This document shows, one piece after another, positions 50,245 to 60,803 of a stretch of DNA of 64,000 nucleotides. The notes under the pieces were generated by a model. It made no database searches, was not told the DNA's origin, and saw only the letters and a list, made by a program, of their open reading frames with translations. The first letter of the stretch is position 1. Each line of letters begins with the position of its first letter. This stretch comes from Rickettsia typhi (GTDB lineage: Bacteria; Pseudomonadota; Alphaproteobacteria; Rickettsiales; UBA1997), in contig CAMCAW010000004.1 in assembly GCA_945872855.1 (NCBI GenBank), positions 7,666 through 71,665 on the forward strand. Direction: 5' to 3'. Position numbers and translations under genes: made by a program.

Positions 50245-51217
50245 TTTTTACTAATAATTTTTTCAACTCGCCCTTTATAAGCTCTTTATTTTCAAGCTCT
50301 AAGTCGATATCGAGATATTCAATTTTTCTCTTAAAATTTGCAGGAAATTTTACCCAATCTTTTTTAGTTGTAATTAATTTTGCGTCTTGTTTTTTTGCTT
50401 CTGCAATTAGCCATTCTAACTCACTGATTTTATAAGGATGATGATCTGCAAAATCTTGCTTAGCAACCACTTCCAAGCCTTTATTTTCAAGGAATGTGAA
50501 GAATTTTTCGGGATAAGCTAAGCCACAAAAAGCCATTAATTTTTGCCCAGTAAATTTATCTAGATTTGCTGCTTTTATTTTTGCCGAAATAACTTTTTTT
50601 TCTGCTAAAATTTGCTGCAAATTTTTATCAATTTCACCAACCACAATAACAAAATCAGTTTTTGCTAAACCATCGGAAATGCTTTCTCTTAAAGGCCCTG
50701 CAGGAAATAAAAATTCATTTCCAAATTGCACTTTATCATCAATCACTAAAATTGTTAAATCTTTTTTTAGTGAATTATTTTGCATTCCATCATCAAGCAC
50801 AATCATTTGAATTTTGCGATTTTTGGCAATTTCTTTGGCGCCGAATAAACGATTTTTAGCAATAAAAGTTGGCGCCACTTCCGCCAAAATCAAGGGCTCA
50901 TCGCCAACATCGCGACTCATCGATTTCACTTTATCAACATAACCAAATTGACCTTCTTTGCCTAAATATCCGCGACTTAAATAAGAAAACTCAATATTCA
51001 TCTCTTGCAAAATTTTTCCGATAGCGAGTGCAACTGGCGTCTTTCCTGATCCGCCAAAGGTTAAGTTGCCAATGCAAACTATTGGCTTCGCAACTTTTTC
51101 TGATTCGCGCATCATGGCAATAAACAGCGCCACAGCCTGATAGACAAGACTTAGAGGCAGCAAGGAATATGAAATAAAATTTCTGCGTAGCCAAAATTTG
51201 GGGGTTTTTATCAACAT
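50237..51217 (-). CDS. lpxK: Tetraacyldisaccharide 4'-kinase
   Basis: VCIGNLTFGGSGKTPVA P-loop, SRGY, DEP and LDDG.Q motifs. Confidence 0.9.
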   Translation of the reverse strand: MLIKTPKFWLRRNFISYSLLPLSLVYQAVALFIAMMRESEKVAKPIVCIGNLTFGGSGKTPVALAIGKILQEMNIEFSYLSRGYLGKEGQFGYVDKVKSMSRDVGDEPLILAEVAPTFIAKNRLFGAKEIAKNRKIQMIVLDDGMQNNSLKKDLTILVIDDKVQFGNEFLFPAGPLRESISDGLAKTDFVIVVGEIDKNLQQILAEKKVISAKIKAANLDKFTGQKLMAFCGLAYPEKFFTFLENKGLEVVAKQDFADHHPYKISELEWLIAEAKKQDAKLITTKKDWVKFPANFKRKIEYLDIDLELENKELIKGELKKLLVKND

Positions 51218-52620
51218 TAAAATAATCTTCTTTGTATTGATTCTAAAGGCTCAACAGCTTCTTCATGCGCAGTTTTTTTGCAAGATAAAACATAAGAATG
51301 AAATTCGCCATCACTCATTTCTATAATAATTTCTTCCTTCGCCTTAAGCCGTTGCACCGACGAGACTAAAGCGCCGCGCTCGTTTTTTACCAAAGCAAAT
51401 CCGCGCTTTAAAATTTCTTGATAATGACCTGTTTTTAATAATTTTCCTGAATTTTCTAATTCAATTTCAGCATTTCTAAAAAAGCCCGCAACGCTTGATT
51501 TTAAAGAATTGGAGAAAGTTACAATTTTTTGTTCAGCAAAATTTATTTTGTGCAAAATTGGCAAAAGTGAAACCGCTCTTGAATTTAACTTTTGCTGCTT
51601 TTTATCAAAAATATTTTTGATAAGCGAATCTAGTTTTTGCTTAGTAAAATCAAATTTTTCAGCGATATGCTGCAGTGCCTTTGCTGGATTAATGATGTGT
51701 TTTTGCAAATTTTCTAGCTGTAGTTTTTTATCAAAAAAAACTCGCTCAGTGGCGCTAAAAAATCTCTGCTCAAAATATTCTAGTTGGTTTCGCAACTCGC
51801 TTAAAACTGGCGTCGCAAGCTCTGCGGCGGCTGTGGGCGTGGGTGCGCGCAAATCGGCGACAAAATCGGCCAAAGTGGTATCGGTCTCATGCCCTACAGC
51901 CGAGATGATTGGGATCTCTGATTTAAAAATTTCGCGCACTAAATCTTCGTCATTAAATGGCAATAAATCTTCGAACGAACCGCCGCCGCGCGCTATTATC
52001 AGCAGTTCGGGGCGAAAAGAATTTTGCCCCGAATCTCGGTGCTGCGGCAATTTATTAAAAAATCGAATCGCCTGAATAATATTTTGCACCGCTTCTTTGC
52101 CTTGCGTAGCGCTTGGATAAAGCAGCAAATGCGTAGGGCAGCGCGCCTCAACACGATGAATAATATCTTGAATTACCGCGCCAGTTTCAGAAGTAATTAC
52201 GCCAATTATGCGCGGAAAAAATGGCAGCGGTTTTTTATGCTCAACATCGAACAAGCCTTCAGCTGCAAGCTTTTGTCGCCTTTTTTCAATCATCGCCAAA
52301 ATCGCGCCAACGCCGGCAATTTCAACTTTTTCAACAATAATCTGATAATTAGATCGACCCGCAAAAGTTGAAACCCTTCCCGAGGCAATGATTTGTAAGC
52401 CATTTGCCACTTCAAAATTTATAAGATCGGCCATGTTTTTGAAACAAACGGCGCTCAACAAAGCCTCGTCATCCTTTAAATTAAAATAAAGATGGCCACT
52501 GCTGGCGCGCTTAAAACCACTAATTTCGCCTTTAATTCGCACATAGCCAAAAGCGTCTTCCACCAAGTGCTTGATGGAGCGAGAAAACTCGGCAACGGTT
52601 AATTCTGGAACATTTAACAT
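51217..52620 (-). CDS. xseA: Exodeoxyribonuclease VII large subunit
   Basis: N-terminal OB fold (VRIKGEISGFKRASSGHLYFNLKD), then IGVITSETGAVIQDI, ARGGGS.EDL..FN and SAVGHETD. Confidence 0.93.
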   Translation of the reverse strand: MLNVPELTVAEFSRSIKHLVEDAFGYVRIKGEISGFKRASSGHLYFNLKDDEALLSAVCFKNMADLINFEVANGLQIIASGRVSTFAGRSNYQIIVEKVEIAGVGAILAMIEKRRQKLAAEGLFDVEHKKPLPFFPRIIGVITSETGAVIQDIIHRVEARCPTHLLLYPSATQGKEAVQNIIQAIRFFNKLPQHRDSGQNSFRPELLIIARGGGSFEDLLPFNDEDLVREIFKSEIPIISAVGHETDTTLADFVADLRAPTPTAAAELATPVLSELRNQLEYFEQRFFSATERVFFDKKLQLENLQKHIINPAKALQHIAEKFDFTKQKLDSLIKNIFDKKQQKLNSRAVSLLPILHKINFAEQKIVTFSNSLKSSVAGFFRNAEIELENSGKLLKTGHYQEILKRGFALVKNERGALVSSVQRLKAKEEIIIEMSDGEFHSYVLSCKKTAHEEAVEPLESIQRRLF

Positions 52621-52729
52621 CTTTGAATAATTTTATTGTCTTTTGTCAAAATCATCTTTAATTTATGACTGATGACAGTTCGTCATACACAAGTTACACC
52701 CAATTATTTTTAAACCTAAATAAATTTTT

Positions 52730-53179
52730 ATGTCAGTTAATAAAGTTATTCTTGTTGGCAATGTTGGCCAAGATCCAGAAATTAAAAACACCCAAGACGG
52801 TAGAGAATTGGCCACTTTTTCACTTGCTACATCTGAAAATTGGAAAGATAAAAACTCGGGCGAAAAGCGCGAAAAAACTGAGTGGCATCGCATTGTGGTT
52901 TACTCGCAAGGCCTTGTTGGGGTTCTAAAAAATTACGTTAAAAAAGGCACTAAACTTTATCTTGAAGGGCAATTGCAAACGCGCAAATGGTCTGATAGCA
53001 ACGGTGTAGAGAAATATACAACTGAAATTGTTTTGCAAAATTTTAACAGCACTCTGCAAATTCTTGATAATAAAAATAGTGGCGGCGGATCAAGCGAGTC
53101 TTACGATCGCGGCACTTCTGATTCAAGAAAAGGCAGCAATGTTTCAGTTGAAGAAACTGATGACGAAATTCCATTTTAG
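52730..53179 (+). CDS. ssb: Single-stranded DNA-binding protein
   Basis: MSVNKVILVGNVGQDPEIK..., TEWHRIVV, a Gly-rich linker and the acidic tip DDEIPF. Confidence 0.95.
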   Translation: MSVNKVILVGNVGQDPEIKNTQDGRELATFSLATSENWKDKNSGEKREKTEWHRIVVYSQGLVGVLKNYVKKGTKLYLEGQLQTRKWSDSNGVEKYTTEIVLQNFNSTLQILDNKNSGGGSSESYDRGTSDSRKGSNVSVEETDDEIPF

Positions 53180-53358
53180 TTAAATGAATTATGTGGCTTG
53201 AGCTTGCCAGGGCTTGTATTTGGTGCCTCGAGCCATATTCACACCTCACTGTTGCAAGCTTTATAGTGCGACTTTGGGCTTAATATACAAACTATAAACC
53301 TGCTTAACACCGCTTCAATAGCGACTTGGCAGGCCATAAATATATCTCGAATTTTTCC

Positions 53359-55368
53359 ATGGCGACAATCTCAATCAACAATAAAGACTACGACGTTCCA
53401 GAAGGAATAACCATCATTCAGGCCTGCGAGATCGCTGAAATAGAGGTTCCGCGCTTCTGCTACCATGAAAGATTGGAGATTGCTGGCAATTGTCGCATGT
53501 GTTTGGTTGAGGTTGTTGGTGGGCCGCCAAAGCCCGTGGCATCTTGTGCCATGCCAATTTCTAACGGCATGAAAGTTTTTACCGATACGCCAATGGTGAA
53601 AAAAGCCCGCGAAGGCGTGATGGAATTTTTGCTCGCCAATCACCCGCTAGATTGCCCAATTTGCGATCAAGGCGGCGAATGCGATTTACAAGATCAGGCC
53701 TATCAATATGGTCGTGATCACTCTAATTACCACGAACATAAGCGTGCCGTGCGCGACAAAGACATGGGCCCACTAATTAAAACCACGATGACGCGCTGCA
53801 TTCATTGCACTCGTTGCGTGCGTTTTATCACCGATGTTGCTGGCGTACCAGAGCTTGGTGCTGTAGGTCGCGGTGAAAAAATGGAGATCACTCCTTATGT
53901 TGAAAAAGCCCTCACCTCAGAATTATCAGGAAACATTATCGACCTCTGCCCCGTTGGCGCTCTAACCTCGAAGCCATACGCCTTTAATGCGCGCAGTTGG
54001 GAATTGAAAAAAACTGAATCGATTGATGTGATGGACGCGCTTGGCAGCAACATTCGCATCGATTCTCGCGGATTGGAAATTATGCGAATTTTGCCTCGTT
54101 TAAACGAAGAAATTAACGAAGAATGGATTTCTGACAAAACACGCTATTGCTATGATGGCCTTAGATATCAAAGACTCGACAATGTTTACGTTCGCAAAAA
54201 TGGCAAGCTAGAAAAATCAAGCTTTGATGAGGCTTACGCAATAATTGCCAAAAAAACTAAAACTCTACAAGGTCAAGAAATCAGTGGCTTCGCTGGACCT
54301 TTATCTGCGGCAGAAGAAATTTTTGCACTCAAAGTTTTGCTTGAAAAACTAGACAGCCCTAACTTCGAATGCCGCTTGCATGATGAAAAACTTGATGCAA
54401 AAGATCGAGCCTCATACCTTTTTAACACAAGTGTTGCAGGCATTGAAGAGGCAGACGTCTGCTTAATTATTGGCACAAACCCCAGAAAAGATTCACCCGT
54501 TTTAAATGCAAGAATCAAAAAAAGAAGCATCAACAAACATGCCTCTTTTAGTGTTGGCGCCATTGGCGTTGAAGCTGATTTAACTTATAAATATTCTAAG
54601 CTTGGCAACGATGTTAGTTCATTACAAAAAATTCTTGATGGTTCATCTGATTTTAGTAAAATTTTAGCAGCAGCAAAAAAACCAATGCTGGTACTGGGTC
54701 TTGATGCTGTAAGTGGCAAAGATGGTGTTGAAATTTTAAATCTTGCGAAAAAAATCGCTGAGAAATTTAATTTTATCCAAGAAAATTGGAATGGTTTTAA
54801 TTTATTGCAAAAAAATAGCGGCTTAATTAATGGCTTAGAGCTTCATTTCACAAACGCTGCAGGATTTTGTGGCATTGCAAAAAATACCAAACTTGCTTTC
54901 TTACTTGGCGTTGACGATATTGATTTTGACGCCCTAAATCACGCCTTCAAAATTTATATCGGCTCCCATGGCGACAAAGGAGCGCACCATGCTGATATAA
55001 TCCTTCCCGCCTCTGCTTTTAGCGAAAAAGAAGCGATTTATGTCAATCTTGAGGGTCGCGCACAAAAAACAACTCGTGCAATTTTCGCTCCCAATGATGC
55101 GAAAGAAGATTGGCAAATTGTTAATGAAATTGCCCATGTACTGAGTCTCGATCTTGGTTTTCGCAACATTGATGAATTGCGTGAATTAATGAAAAACAAA
55201 AGTTCTGTATTTGCAAATGTGGGAGGAATTACAAAAGCAAAATGGCACTCTAGTCAAACAAATAAGGCTTTAGAAGCTTCGCAGAAAATACAAGCTCAAG
55301 ATTTTGATTTTTACTCAACCAATGTTATTGCAAGAGCTTCAAGGGTTTTAGCGAAATGCAACAACTAA
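53359..55368 (+). CDS. nuoG: NADH-quinone oxidoreductase subunit G
   Basis: A 2Fe-2S N-terminus (CYHERLEIAGNCRMCLVEV) and 4Fe-4S motifs (HPLDCPICDQGGECDLQD, CIHCTRCVRF). Start at ATG 53359. No other nuo genes are adjacent. Confidence 0.93.
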   Translation: MATISINNKDYDVPEGITIIQACEIAEIEVPRFCYHERLEIAGNCRMCLVEVVGGPPKPVASCAMPISNGMKVFTDTPMVKKAREGVMEFLLANHPLDCPICDQGGECDLQDQAYQYGRDHSNYHEHKRAVRDKDMGPLIKTTMTRCIHCTRCVRFITDVAGVPELGAVGRGEKMEITPYVEKALTSELSGNIIDLCPVGALTSKPYAFNARSWELKKTESIDVMDALGSNIRIDSRGLEIMRILPRLNEEINEEWISDKTRYCYDGLRYQRLDNVYVRKNGKLEKSSFDEAYAIIAKKTKTLQGQEISGFAGPLSAAEEIFALKVLLEKLDSPNFECRLHDEKLDAKDRASYLFNTSVAGIEEADVCLIIGTNPRKDSPVLNARIKKRSINKHASFSVGAIGVEADLTYKYSKLGNDVSSLQKILDGSSDFSKILAAAKKPMLVLGLDAVSGKDGVEILNLAKKIAEKFNFIQENWNGFNLLQKNSGLINGLELHFTNAAGFCGIAKNTKLAFLLGVDDIDFDALNHAFKIYIGSHGDKGAHHADIILPASAFSEKEAIYVNLEGRAQKTTRAIFAPNDAKEDWQIVNEIAHVLSLDLGFRNIDELRELMKNKSSVFANVGGITKAKWHSSQTNKALEASQKIQAQDFDFYSTNVIARASRVLAKCNN

Positions 55369-55380
55369 GCAATTAAGATT

Positions 55381-56385
55381 ATGGACAAAAAACCAACAGA
55401 ATTAACCTCTTCGCCGCTCAATGCATCAATCACTACACAAGATAGTGCTGCGTGGCGAGAAACAAATCCCATAAATGATGATGAAGCAATTCTTCCACCT
55501 AATCTTTTAGATATCACTCAAGAATCTTCTTTTGCCGAATCTTCTTACGCAAACGATAGTGAACTATTAGACGGCGATAAATTAAGCTACATATTGCAAA
55601 ATTATTATTTAGCACGCGACAATAACAATCTTGAGCTGGAAGAAAATTTATTTGATGAATTAGGAAGCCTAGTAAATAAAATTATAAAAGAAAAAAATAA
55701 CAATTTAATATGTGAAATATTTTATACTCAACCAAATTTATTAAACTTTGTTAATCGCGATAATCTTGATCAAGATTTAAAAATAACAATTGCCGACGCG
55801 ATGGAAAATGAGGGACGCTTTGATAAAGATCATATGTATTGGATTGCGGAAAACTGCATAAAATATGGCATTTTCGATATAGGTGACATACGTGAGATTT
55901 TAATGGAATGGGCTCATGATGGAGATGACGCGAGAAGAGCGATGGCAGATCTAAAAGGAATAAAAAAATTAGAAAAGTGCAATAAGCCATACATTGTAAA
56001 CTCAGGACTCAGAAGCGAAGCCTCTTCATATTGCGTAGAAAACTCGCTAAATGCCAGTACGACAAGTGATTATGACAGATCTAGTCTTTTAAATCAAAGT
56101 ATAGCCTCAAGCATTGATGACCCAGGATACTTTTTAGAGCGCAATATCAATCCAAATTACAACGCTAGCGAAAATCAAATTGTAGCAGAAGAGGGCCATC
56201 TTGAAGAGGAATTAGAAGCGATACTTCCCGATTACATTTCTGGGCCAAGAGCGTCAACCCCAATTCCTAAAAATCAACATCACGAACCAAAAACATCAAG
56301 ACCAAGCAGCATAACATCTCCGACTAGAAATTCTGAGTCTTTTGTAAGTCGCTATAAAAGCGATACTTCTCAATATCTAGACTAA
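55381..56385 (+). CDS. Hypothetical acidic protein (orphan)
   Basis: 334-aa uninterrupted ORF that is visibly more AT-rich than its neighbours. It has no TM segment, signal peptide or recognisable motif. Confidence 0.5.
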   Translation: MDKKPTELTSSPLNASITTQDSAAWRETNPINDDEAILPPNLLDITQESSFAESSYANDSELLDGDKLSYILQNYYLARDNNNLELEENLFDELGSLVNKIIKEKNNNLICEIFYTQPNLLNFVNRDNLDQDLKITIADAMENEGRFDKDHMYWIAENCIKYGIFDIGDIREILMEWAHDGDDARRAMADLKGIKKLEKCNKPYIVNSGLRSEASSYCVENSLNASTTSDYDRSSLLNQSIASSIDDPGYFLERNINPNYNASENQIVAEEGHLEEELEAILPDYISGPRASTPIPKNQHHEPKTSRPSSITSPTRNSESFVSRYKSDTSQYLD

Positions 56386-56565
56386 AATTAGGTGACAATT
56401 TTTAGCTGAATTAATTTGACGCAATTTTCACGAGACGATAATTTATCTCTTTCAGTATTCGACAAAATATGTTGCATTTTGTTTTAATATACCCATAATT
56501 CCCCGCTCCTCAAGTCATTGTAATTGCTTTTAGCGGCTGATTTATTTACAAAACTAAACATAAAT

Positions 56566-56985
56566 ATGATTAAAATTCGTCTTGCCCGTGGTGGCAGAAA
56601 AAATGTGCCTTTTTACCGCATCGTTGCTACAAACAGCACGTCTCCTAGAGATTCAAAATTTTTAGAAAAGCTGGGAACTTACAACCCACTTGCTAATGAC
56701 ACTGATGAGAAAAAGATCGTCATTAATAAAGACCGCATTGAGCATTGGCTCTCTGTTGGCGCGATTCCATCTGAACGCGTTGCTAAATTTTTAATTGCTC
56801 TTGGCGTTAAAGGTGCTGCAAAACACAAGCCAGATTTCACTCCTAAAAAAACAGGCGAAGGCTTGAAAAAGAAAGCTTTAGGAAAAGTTAAAGCTGCTGC
56901 TGAAGCCGCTGCAAAGGCCGCAGAAACTGAAGCCGCTGCAGTTGCTGCTGCCTCTATCGAAGCCGCACCAGAAGCTGCTGCTTAA
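56566..56985 (+). CDS. rpsP: 30S ribosomal protein S16 with Ala/Glu/Lys-rich C-terminal extension
   Basis: MIKIRLARGGRKNVPFYRIVATNSTSPRDSKFLEKLGTYNPL. Start at ATG 56566. Confidence 0.93.
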   Translation: MIKIRLARGGRKNVPFYRIVATNSTSPRDSKFLEKLGTYNPLANDTDEKKIVINKDRIEHWLSVGAIPSERVAKFLIALGVKGAAKHKPDFTPKKTGEGLKKKALGKVKAAAEAAAKAAETEAAAVAAASIEAAPEAAA

Positions 56986-57000
56986 CGCAATTCTTTACAC

Positions 57001-57615
57001 ATGCAACTTCCCAGAAAAATTTTGGTCGCCACCAATAATTCTGGGAAGTTCGTTGAAATCTCCGATCTTCTCAAGCGAATAAATATCGAAGCCATAAAAG
57101 CCCCCGCAGACCTTGCGGAGCCTGATGAAACTGGCGCTGACTTTGCTGCAAACTCATTACTTAAAGCTAAATATTACGCTGCAAAAACCAGTCTTGTTGC
57201 GCTAGCTGACGATTCTGGATTATGTATTGAGGCCTTGAATGGCGCACCTGGAATACATTCGGCGCGCTTTGCTTTAGATTCTTTGGGGCAAAAAAACTTT
57301 CCGCTCGCTTTCGAAAAAATTTCTAATTCTTTGCAAAAAAATGGGGTGGAGCCTTGCGGTTCTAAGGCATATTTTGTTTGCAATTTAACAATTTTTGATC
57401 CTCAAACAAATTTCTCTGAGTCTTTTGAAGGTCGCATCGATGGCACCTTAACCTTTCCGGCCCGCGGCGATCAAGGCTTTGGCTATGATCCTATTTTTAT
57501 AAAAGACAAAATGACAAAAACTTTTGGCGAAATTTCAACCGCAGAAAAAGATGCGATAAGTCATCGGGCTGTAGCTTTTGCGAAGTTGTTATCAAAATTT
57601 AGTGCAGAAAAATGA
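57001..57615 (+). CDS. rdgB: dITP/XTP pyrophosphatase (RdgB/Ham1 family)
   Basis: ILVATNNSGKFVEI, DDSGLCIEALNGAPGIHSARF, GFGYDPIF and SHRA motifs. Confidence 0.9.
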   Translation: MQLPRKILVATNNSGKFVEISDLLKRINIEAIKAPADLAEPDETGADFAANSLLKAKYYAAKTSLVALADDSGLCIEALNGAPGIHSARFALDSLGQKNFPLAFEKISNSLQKNGVEPCGSKAYFVCNLTIFDPQTNFSESFEGRIDGTLTFPARGDQGFGYDPIFIKDKMTKTFGEISTAEKDAISHRAVAFAKLLSKFSAEK

Positions 57616-58145
57616 GTGTAGAAAAACGCATCTATATTGACATTGTCAGCAAATCTAAAAAATGGTTGGCGGTAAAAAATATTGAAAAATTTATTAGCAA
57701 AACTTGCCAAGAATTAATTTTGCTCAGCGAGATAAAAACATTTTTGCAAAAAAAATCAAACTGCCTTGAGCTCTCTGTCTCTCTGGTTTCAAACGCGCAG
57801 ATTAAAAAAATAAATCGAGAATTTCGTGAGAAAAATAAAGCGACCGATGTTTTGTCTTTTCCATTTTTAGATGAAAAATTAATTCGTAAAAATGGATTTA
57901 AAAACACTGTAAAGCCAATGCAGCAAATATTTCTTGGTGATATTATTTTGGCTTTTGAGGTGATAAATAAAGAGGCGCTTGCGGCAAAAAAAGATTTTCA
58001 TCAGCATCTAACACACTTACTACTTCATAGTCTATTGCATCTTATCGGCTATGATCACAAGAAGAAAAAAGATGCTGAAATTATGGAAAAAATTGAGATT
58101 AAAATTCTCAAAAAACTCGGGATAAAAAATCCTTATTTAACTTAA
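57612..58145 (+). CDS. ybeY: Endoribonuclease YbeY (rRNA maturation factor)
   Basis: Zinc-site motif HLLLHSLLHLIGYDH. There is a 4-nt ATGA overlap with rdgB. Confidence 0.9.
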   Translation: MSVEKRIYIDIVSKSKKWLAVKNIEKFISKTCQELILLSEIKTFLQKKSNCLELSVSLVSNAQIKKINREFREKNKATDVLSFPFLDEKLIRKNGFKNTVKPMQQIFLGDIILAFEVINKEALAAKKDFHQHLTHLLLHSLLHLIGYDHKKKKDAEIMEKIEIKILKKLGIKNPYLT

Positions 58146-58163
58146 TTTTAGTTGCGATGGGCG

Positions 58164-59939
58164 CTAAAAGTCTCCCACTGCAAGCCCTTGTCGCCGTGGG
58201 TCTGCGCCACCTTCAAGCATCTTATCTTTTTCAATTGCAATGCCGTGCAGCCCGCTGGTAATATCGACCACCGCAACTTTATGCCCCATCTTCTCTAGCG
58301 GTTTTTGCAACTTCACCAGCATCGTGCGATCCTCTAACTCAACGCGCCCGTTTAGGGCTATGTGGTTGGGTAGCGCGATTGCCTCTTGCACATTCATTCC
58401 CCAATCGAGATGTGCGATAATCGCCTTCAGAACATATTGGATAATCCGCGGCCCGCCCGGAGAGCCAATCACCATGATTAAATTATTTTTATCATCAAAA
58501 ACAAAAGTTGGCGTCATCGAACTGCGCGGCTGCTTTAAAGGCTCGAGACGATTAGCAACTTTCTTGCCGTCAATTTCTGGCGCGAGAGAAAAATCGGTGA
58601 GTTGGTTATTTAGCATGAAGCCATCAACCATTAACACCGAGCCAAAAAGATATTCGATTGTGCTGGTCATCGCAACCGCATTGCCATATTTATCGACGAC
58701 GGAGATGTGCGTGGTTGAGGGCTTCTCACTATCTTGGCTTGACGTGGTTGCAGATTTTTTATCACCAAAAATTCCCGGTTTTACATCGCTCATAACGCTA
58801 TCCAAACTAATTAAACTGGCGCGCTGCTTAAGATATTCTCTGTTTAGCATTTGCTTCACTGGAACGTTTGGCACATCGGCCGCATATTCGTTGCGATCAG
58901 CATAGGCAAGCCTCGAAGCCTCTGTAATTAAATGCACCGCTTCAGTAGAAGATGGCTTAATTTTTGACAAATCAAAATTTTCGAGAATGCCCAAAGTGGC
59001 CAGCAGCGTTACTCCGCCAGAGCTTGGCATTGGCATCGAACAAATTTTATATTTTGCTCGATAAGTGCGACATAATAAATTGCCCGCCTTAATTTTGTAA
59101 TTTGTAAGATCGGGCAAAGAAAGATGGCCCGGATTTATTTTAGAATTTTGCACCACATCAACAATATCGCGCGCGATTTTACCTTTGTAAAATGGCTCAA
59201 TCCCTTGATTAGCAAGGATGTTGAAGGTTTTAGCTAATTGCGGATTTTTAATTAACGTGCCAATTTTTTTTGGCGAACCATCTTCGTTAAAATAAATTCT
59301 CATGCCATCGAAGTGATTTAAATATGGCAAAGTTTCTAGAATTACATGAATTTTTTTATCGAGTATAAATCCTTCATTAGCAACCGCGATTGCAGGCGCG
59401 AATAAATCTTTCCACGGCAATTTTCCATATTTTGCATGAGCTATTTTCCAAGCCTTCAGAGCGCCCGGCGCACCTACAGACAAACCGCCTCCCACTAGAT
59501 CATAAAAATCTCGTGGCCTGCCATTTTTGTCCAAAAACATTTTCTCATTCGCACGCAATGGCGCTCTTTCTCGACCATTAAAATAAGCAGAACCTTTGCT
59601 TGCAGCGTCATAGTAAAGCAAAAATGTTCCGCCGCCAATGCCCGAAGATTGCGGCTCTATAACGTTCAACACCAATTCAGCAGCGATTGCGGCATCGATT
59701 GCATTTCCACCTTTGGCGAGAATTTCTGCACCAGCATTGCTCGCTTTTTCATTTGCGGTAGAAATCATGAATTTTTTTGACTGCGCAATTTTGCGATCTG
59801 TAAAGCCAGAATATGCCTCGCCAACCCAAGCGTCTCCTGATGCTATGCTGTATGACGCAGAAGAATTATTCGCTGAATCTTCATTAGATTTGCACGAGAT
59901 CGAAATTAGCGCTAACAATACAACAATTTTTCTTATCAT
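58164..59939 (-). CDS. ggt: Gamma-glutamyltranspeptidase (lipoprotein-type signal)
   Basis: Autoprocessing and nucleophile region PSTTHISVVDKYGNAVAMTSTIE and a GGP-type C-terminal motif. Start is set at ATG 59939 (MIRKIVVLLALISISC lipobox). Confidence 0.9.
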   Translation of the reverse strand: MIRKIVVLLALISISCKSNEDSANNSSASYSIASGDAWVGEAYSGFTDRKIAQSKKFMISTANEKASNAGAEILAKGGNAIDAAIAAELVLNVIEPQSSGIGGGTFLLYYDAASKGSAYFNGRERAPLRANEKMFLDKNGRPRDFYDLVGGGLSVGAPGALKAWKIAHAKYGKLPWKDLFAPAIAVANEGFILDKKIHVILETLPYLNHFDGMRIYFNEDGSPKKIGTLIKNPQLAKTFNILANQGIEPFYKGKIARDIVDVVQNSKINPGHLSLPDLTNYKIKAGNLLCRTYRAKYKICSMPMPSSGGVTLLATLGILENFDLSKIKPSSTEAVHLITEASRLAYADRNEYAADVPNVPVKQMLNREYLKQRASLISLDSVMSDVKPGIFGDKKSATTSSQDSEKPSTTHISVVDKYGNAVAMTSTIEYLFGSVLMVDGFMLNNQLTDFSLAPEIDGKKVANRLEPLKQPRSSMTPTFVFDDKNNLIMVIGSPGGPRIIQYVLKAIIAHLDWGMNVQEAIALPNHIALNGRVELEDRTMLVKLQKPLEKMGHKVAVVDITSGLHGIAIEKDKMLEGGADPRRQGLAVGDF

Positions 59940-60087
59940 AAATTTTTCTTGAAAAAAATAACGAAGCGTAGAATGCTCTGTGTTCAGAAATATCGCTGGA
60001 TCATACCTAGTTATTATCTTTTTTATCAAGTGCATTATTCTCTTTGTTTTTAAGTCTAGCAAAATCACTATCAACTCACCTTGCATT

Positions 60088-60774
60088 ATGCAAAACTTAC
60101 GAAAATTTGCCGCTTCTATCTTTATTTTTGGCTTCTACATCTTTGATGCGCAAGCCAAAGATGTCTGCGCAAAATATGGGGCCGAAATAGCAAGCGATCA
60201 AGAATATCGTGTCGTTTTTGGCGATTCTAGCATAGATGGATTGGTTTTTACATTAGACACGGCGCAAGATCTAGAATCAAGGCTTAAGGCCCTTGAAATT
60301 GAATATAAAGCGAGCTTCACCTTCAATCATTTTATCGATAATAAAAACGCCCCTTACGATAGCAAAAAACCAAAAGAAGTCGCGCTCACTAAAAATTTCT
60401 TAGAATATTTGATAAATTTGCCAAACACTCACACCGCCATATTTGCCCCTGATGTTTATGGCGATAAAATGAAAAAATATTTTGATGAGAGATATCGCGA
60501 TATAAAAATCATCACGACACATATTGATGCCAGCGCGATAAGCGCAACACAAGACCACACTCTTTCAGATAAAATCTATGAAAATATCTTGTATAATTTA
60601 CCAATATTTCTTTATCAAAAAAGATCGAAAGCGCTGCCTCTTAGTTGCGCCAAAAATATCGCTATAAATTCTGAGTTAAGCAGTGACAACATTGCGCAAA
60701 TCAAGGAAATAATTTCGCGCACGCGCCCACAATATCTCGAAAAAATATCGTTCAAAAAAATTACGATAAATTAG
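60088..60774 (+). CDS. Hypothetical secreted protein (orphan)
   Basis: 228 aa from ATG 60088 with a signal peptide MQNLRKFAASIFIFGFYIFDAQA. No family is recognised. Confidence 0.5.
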   Translation: MQNLRKFAASIFIFGFYIFDAQAKDVCAKYGAEIASDQEYRVVFGDSSIDGLVFTLDTAQDLESRLKALEIEYKASFTFNHFIDNKNAPYDSKKPKEVALTKNFLEYLINLPNTHTAIFAPDVYGDKMKKYFDERYRDIKIITTHIDASAISATQDHTLSDKIYENILYNLPIFLYQKRSKALPLSCAKNIAINSELSSDNIAQIKEIISRTRPQYLEKISFKKITIN

Positions 60775-60803
60775 AACCTATAGAAAAAAATAAATATATT
60801 TTG

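Noticed and set aside
52621-52729. Alphaproteobacterial LexA/SOS box (GTTC-N7-GTTC) in the divergent xseA/ssb promoter region
   Set aside because: Only GTTC-N11-GTTA is present, which does not fit the consensus.
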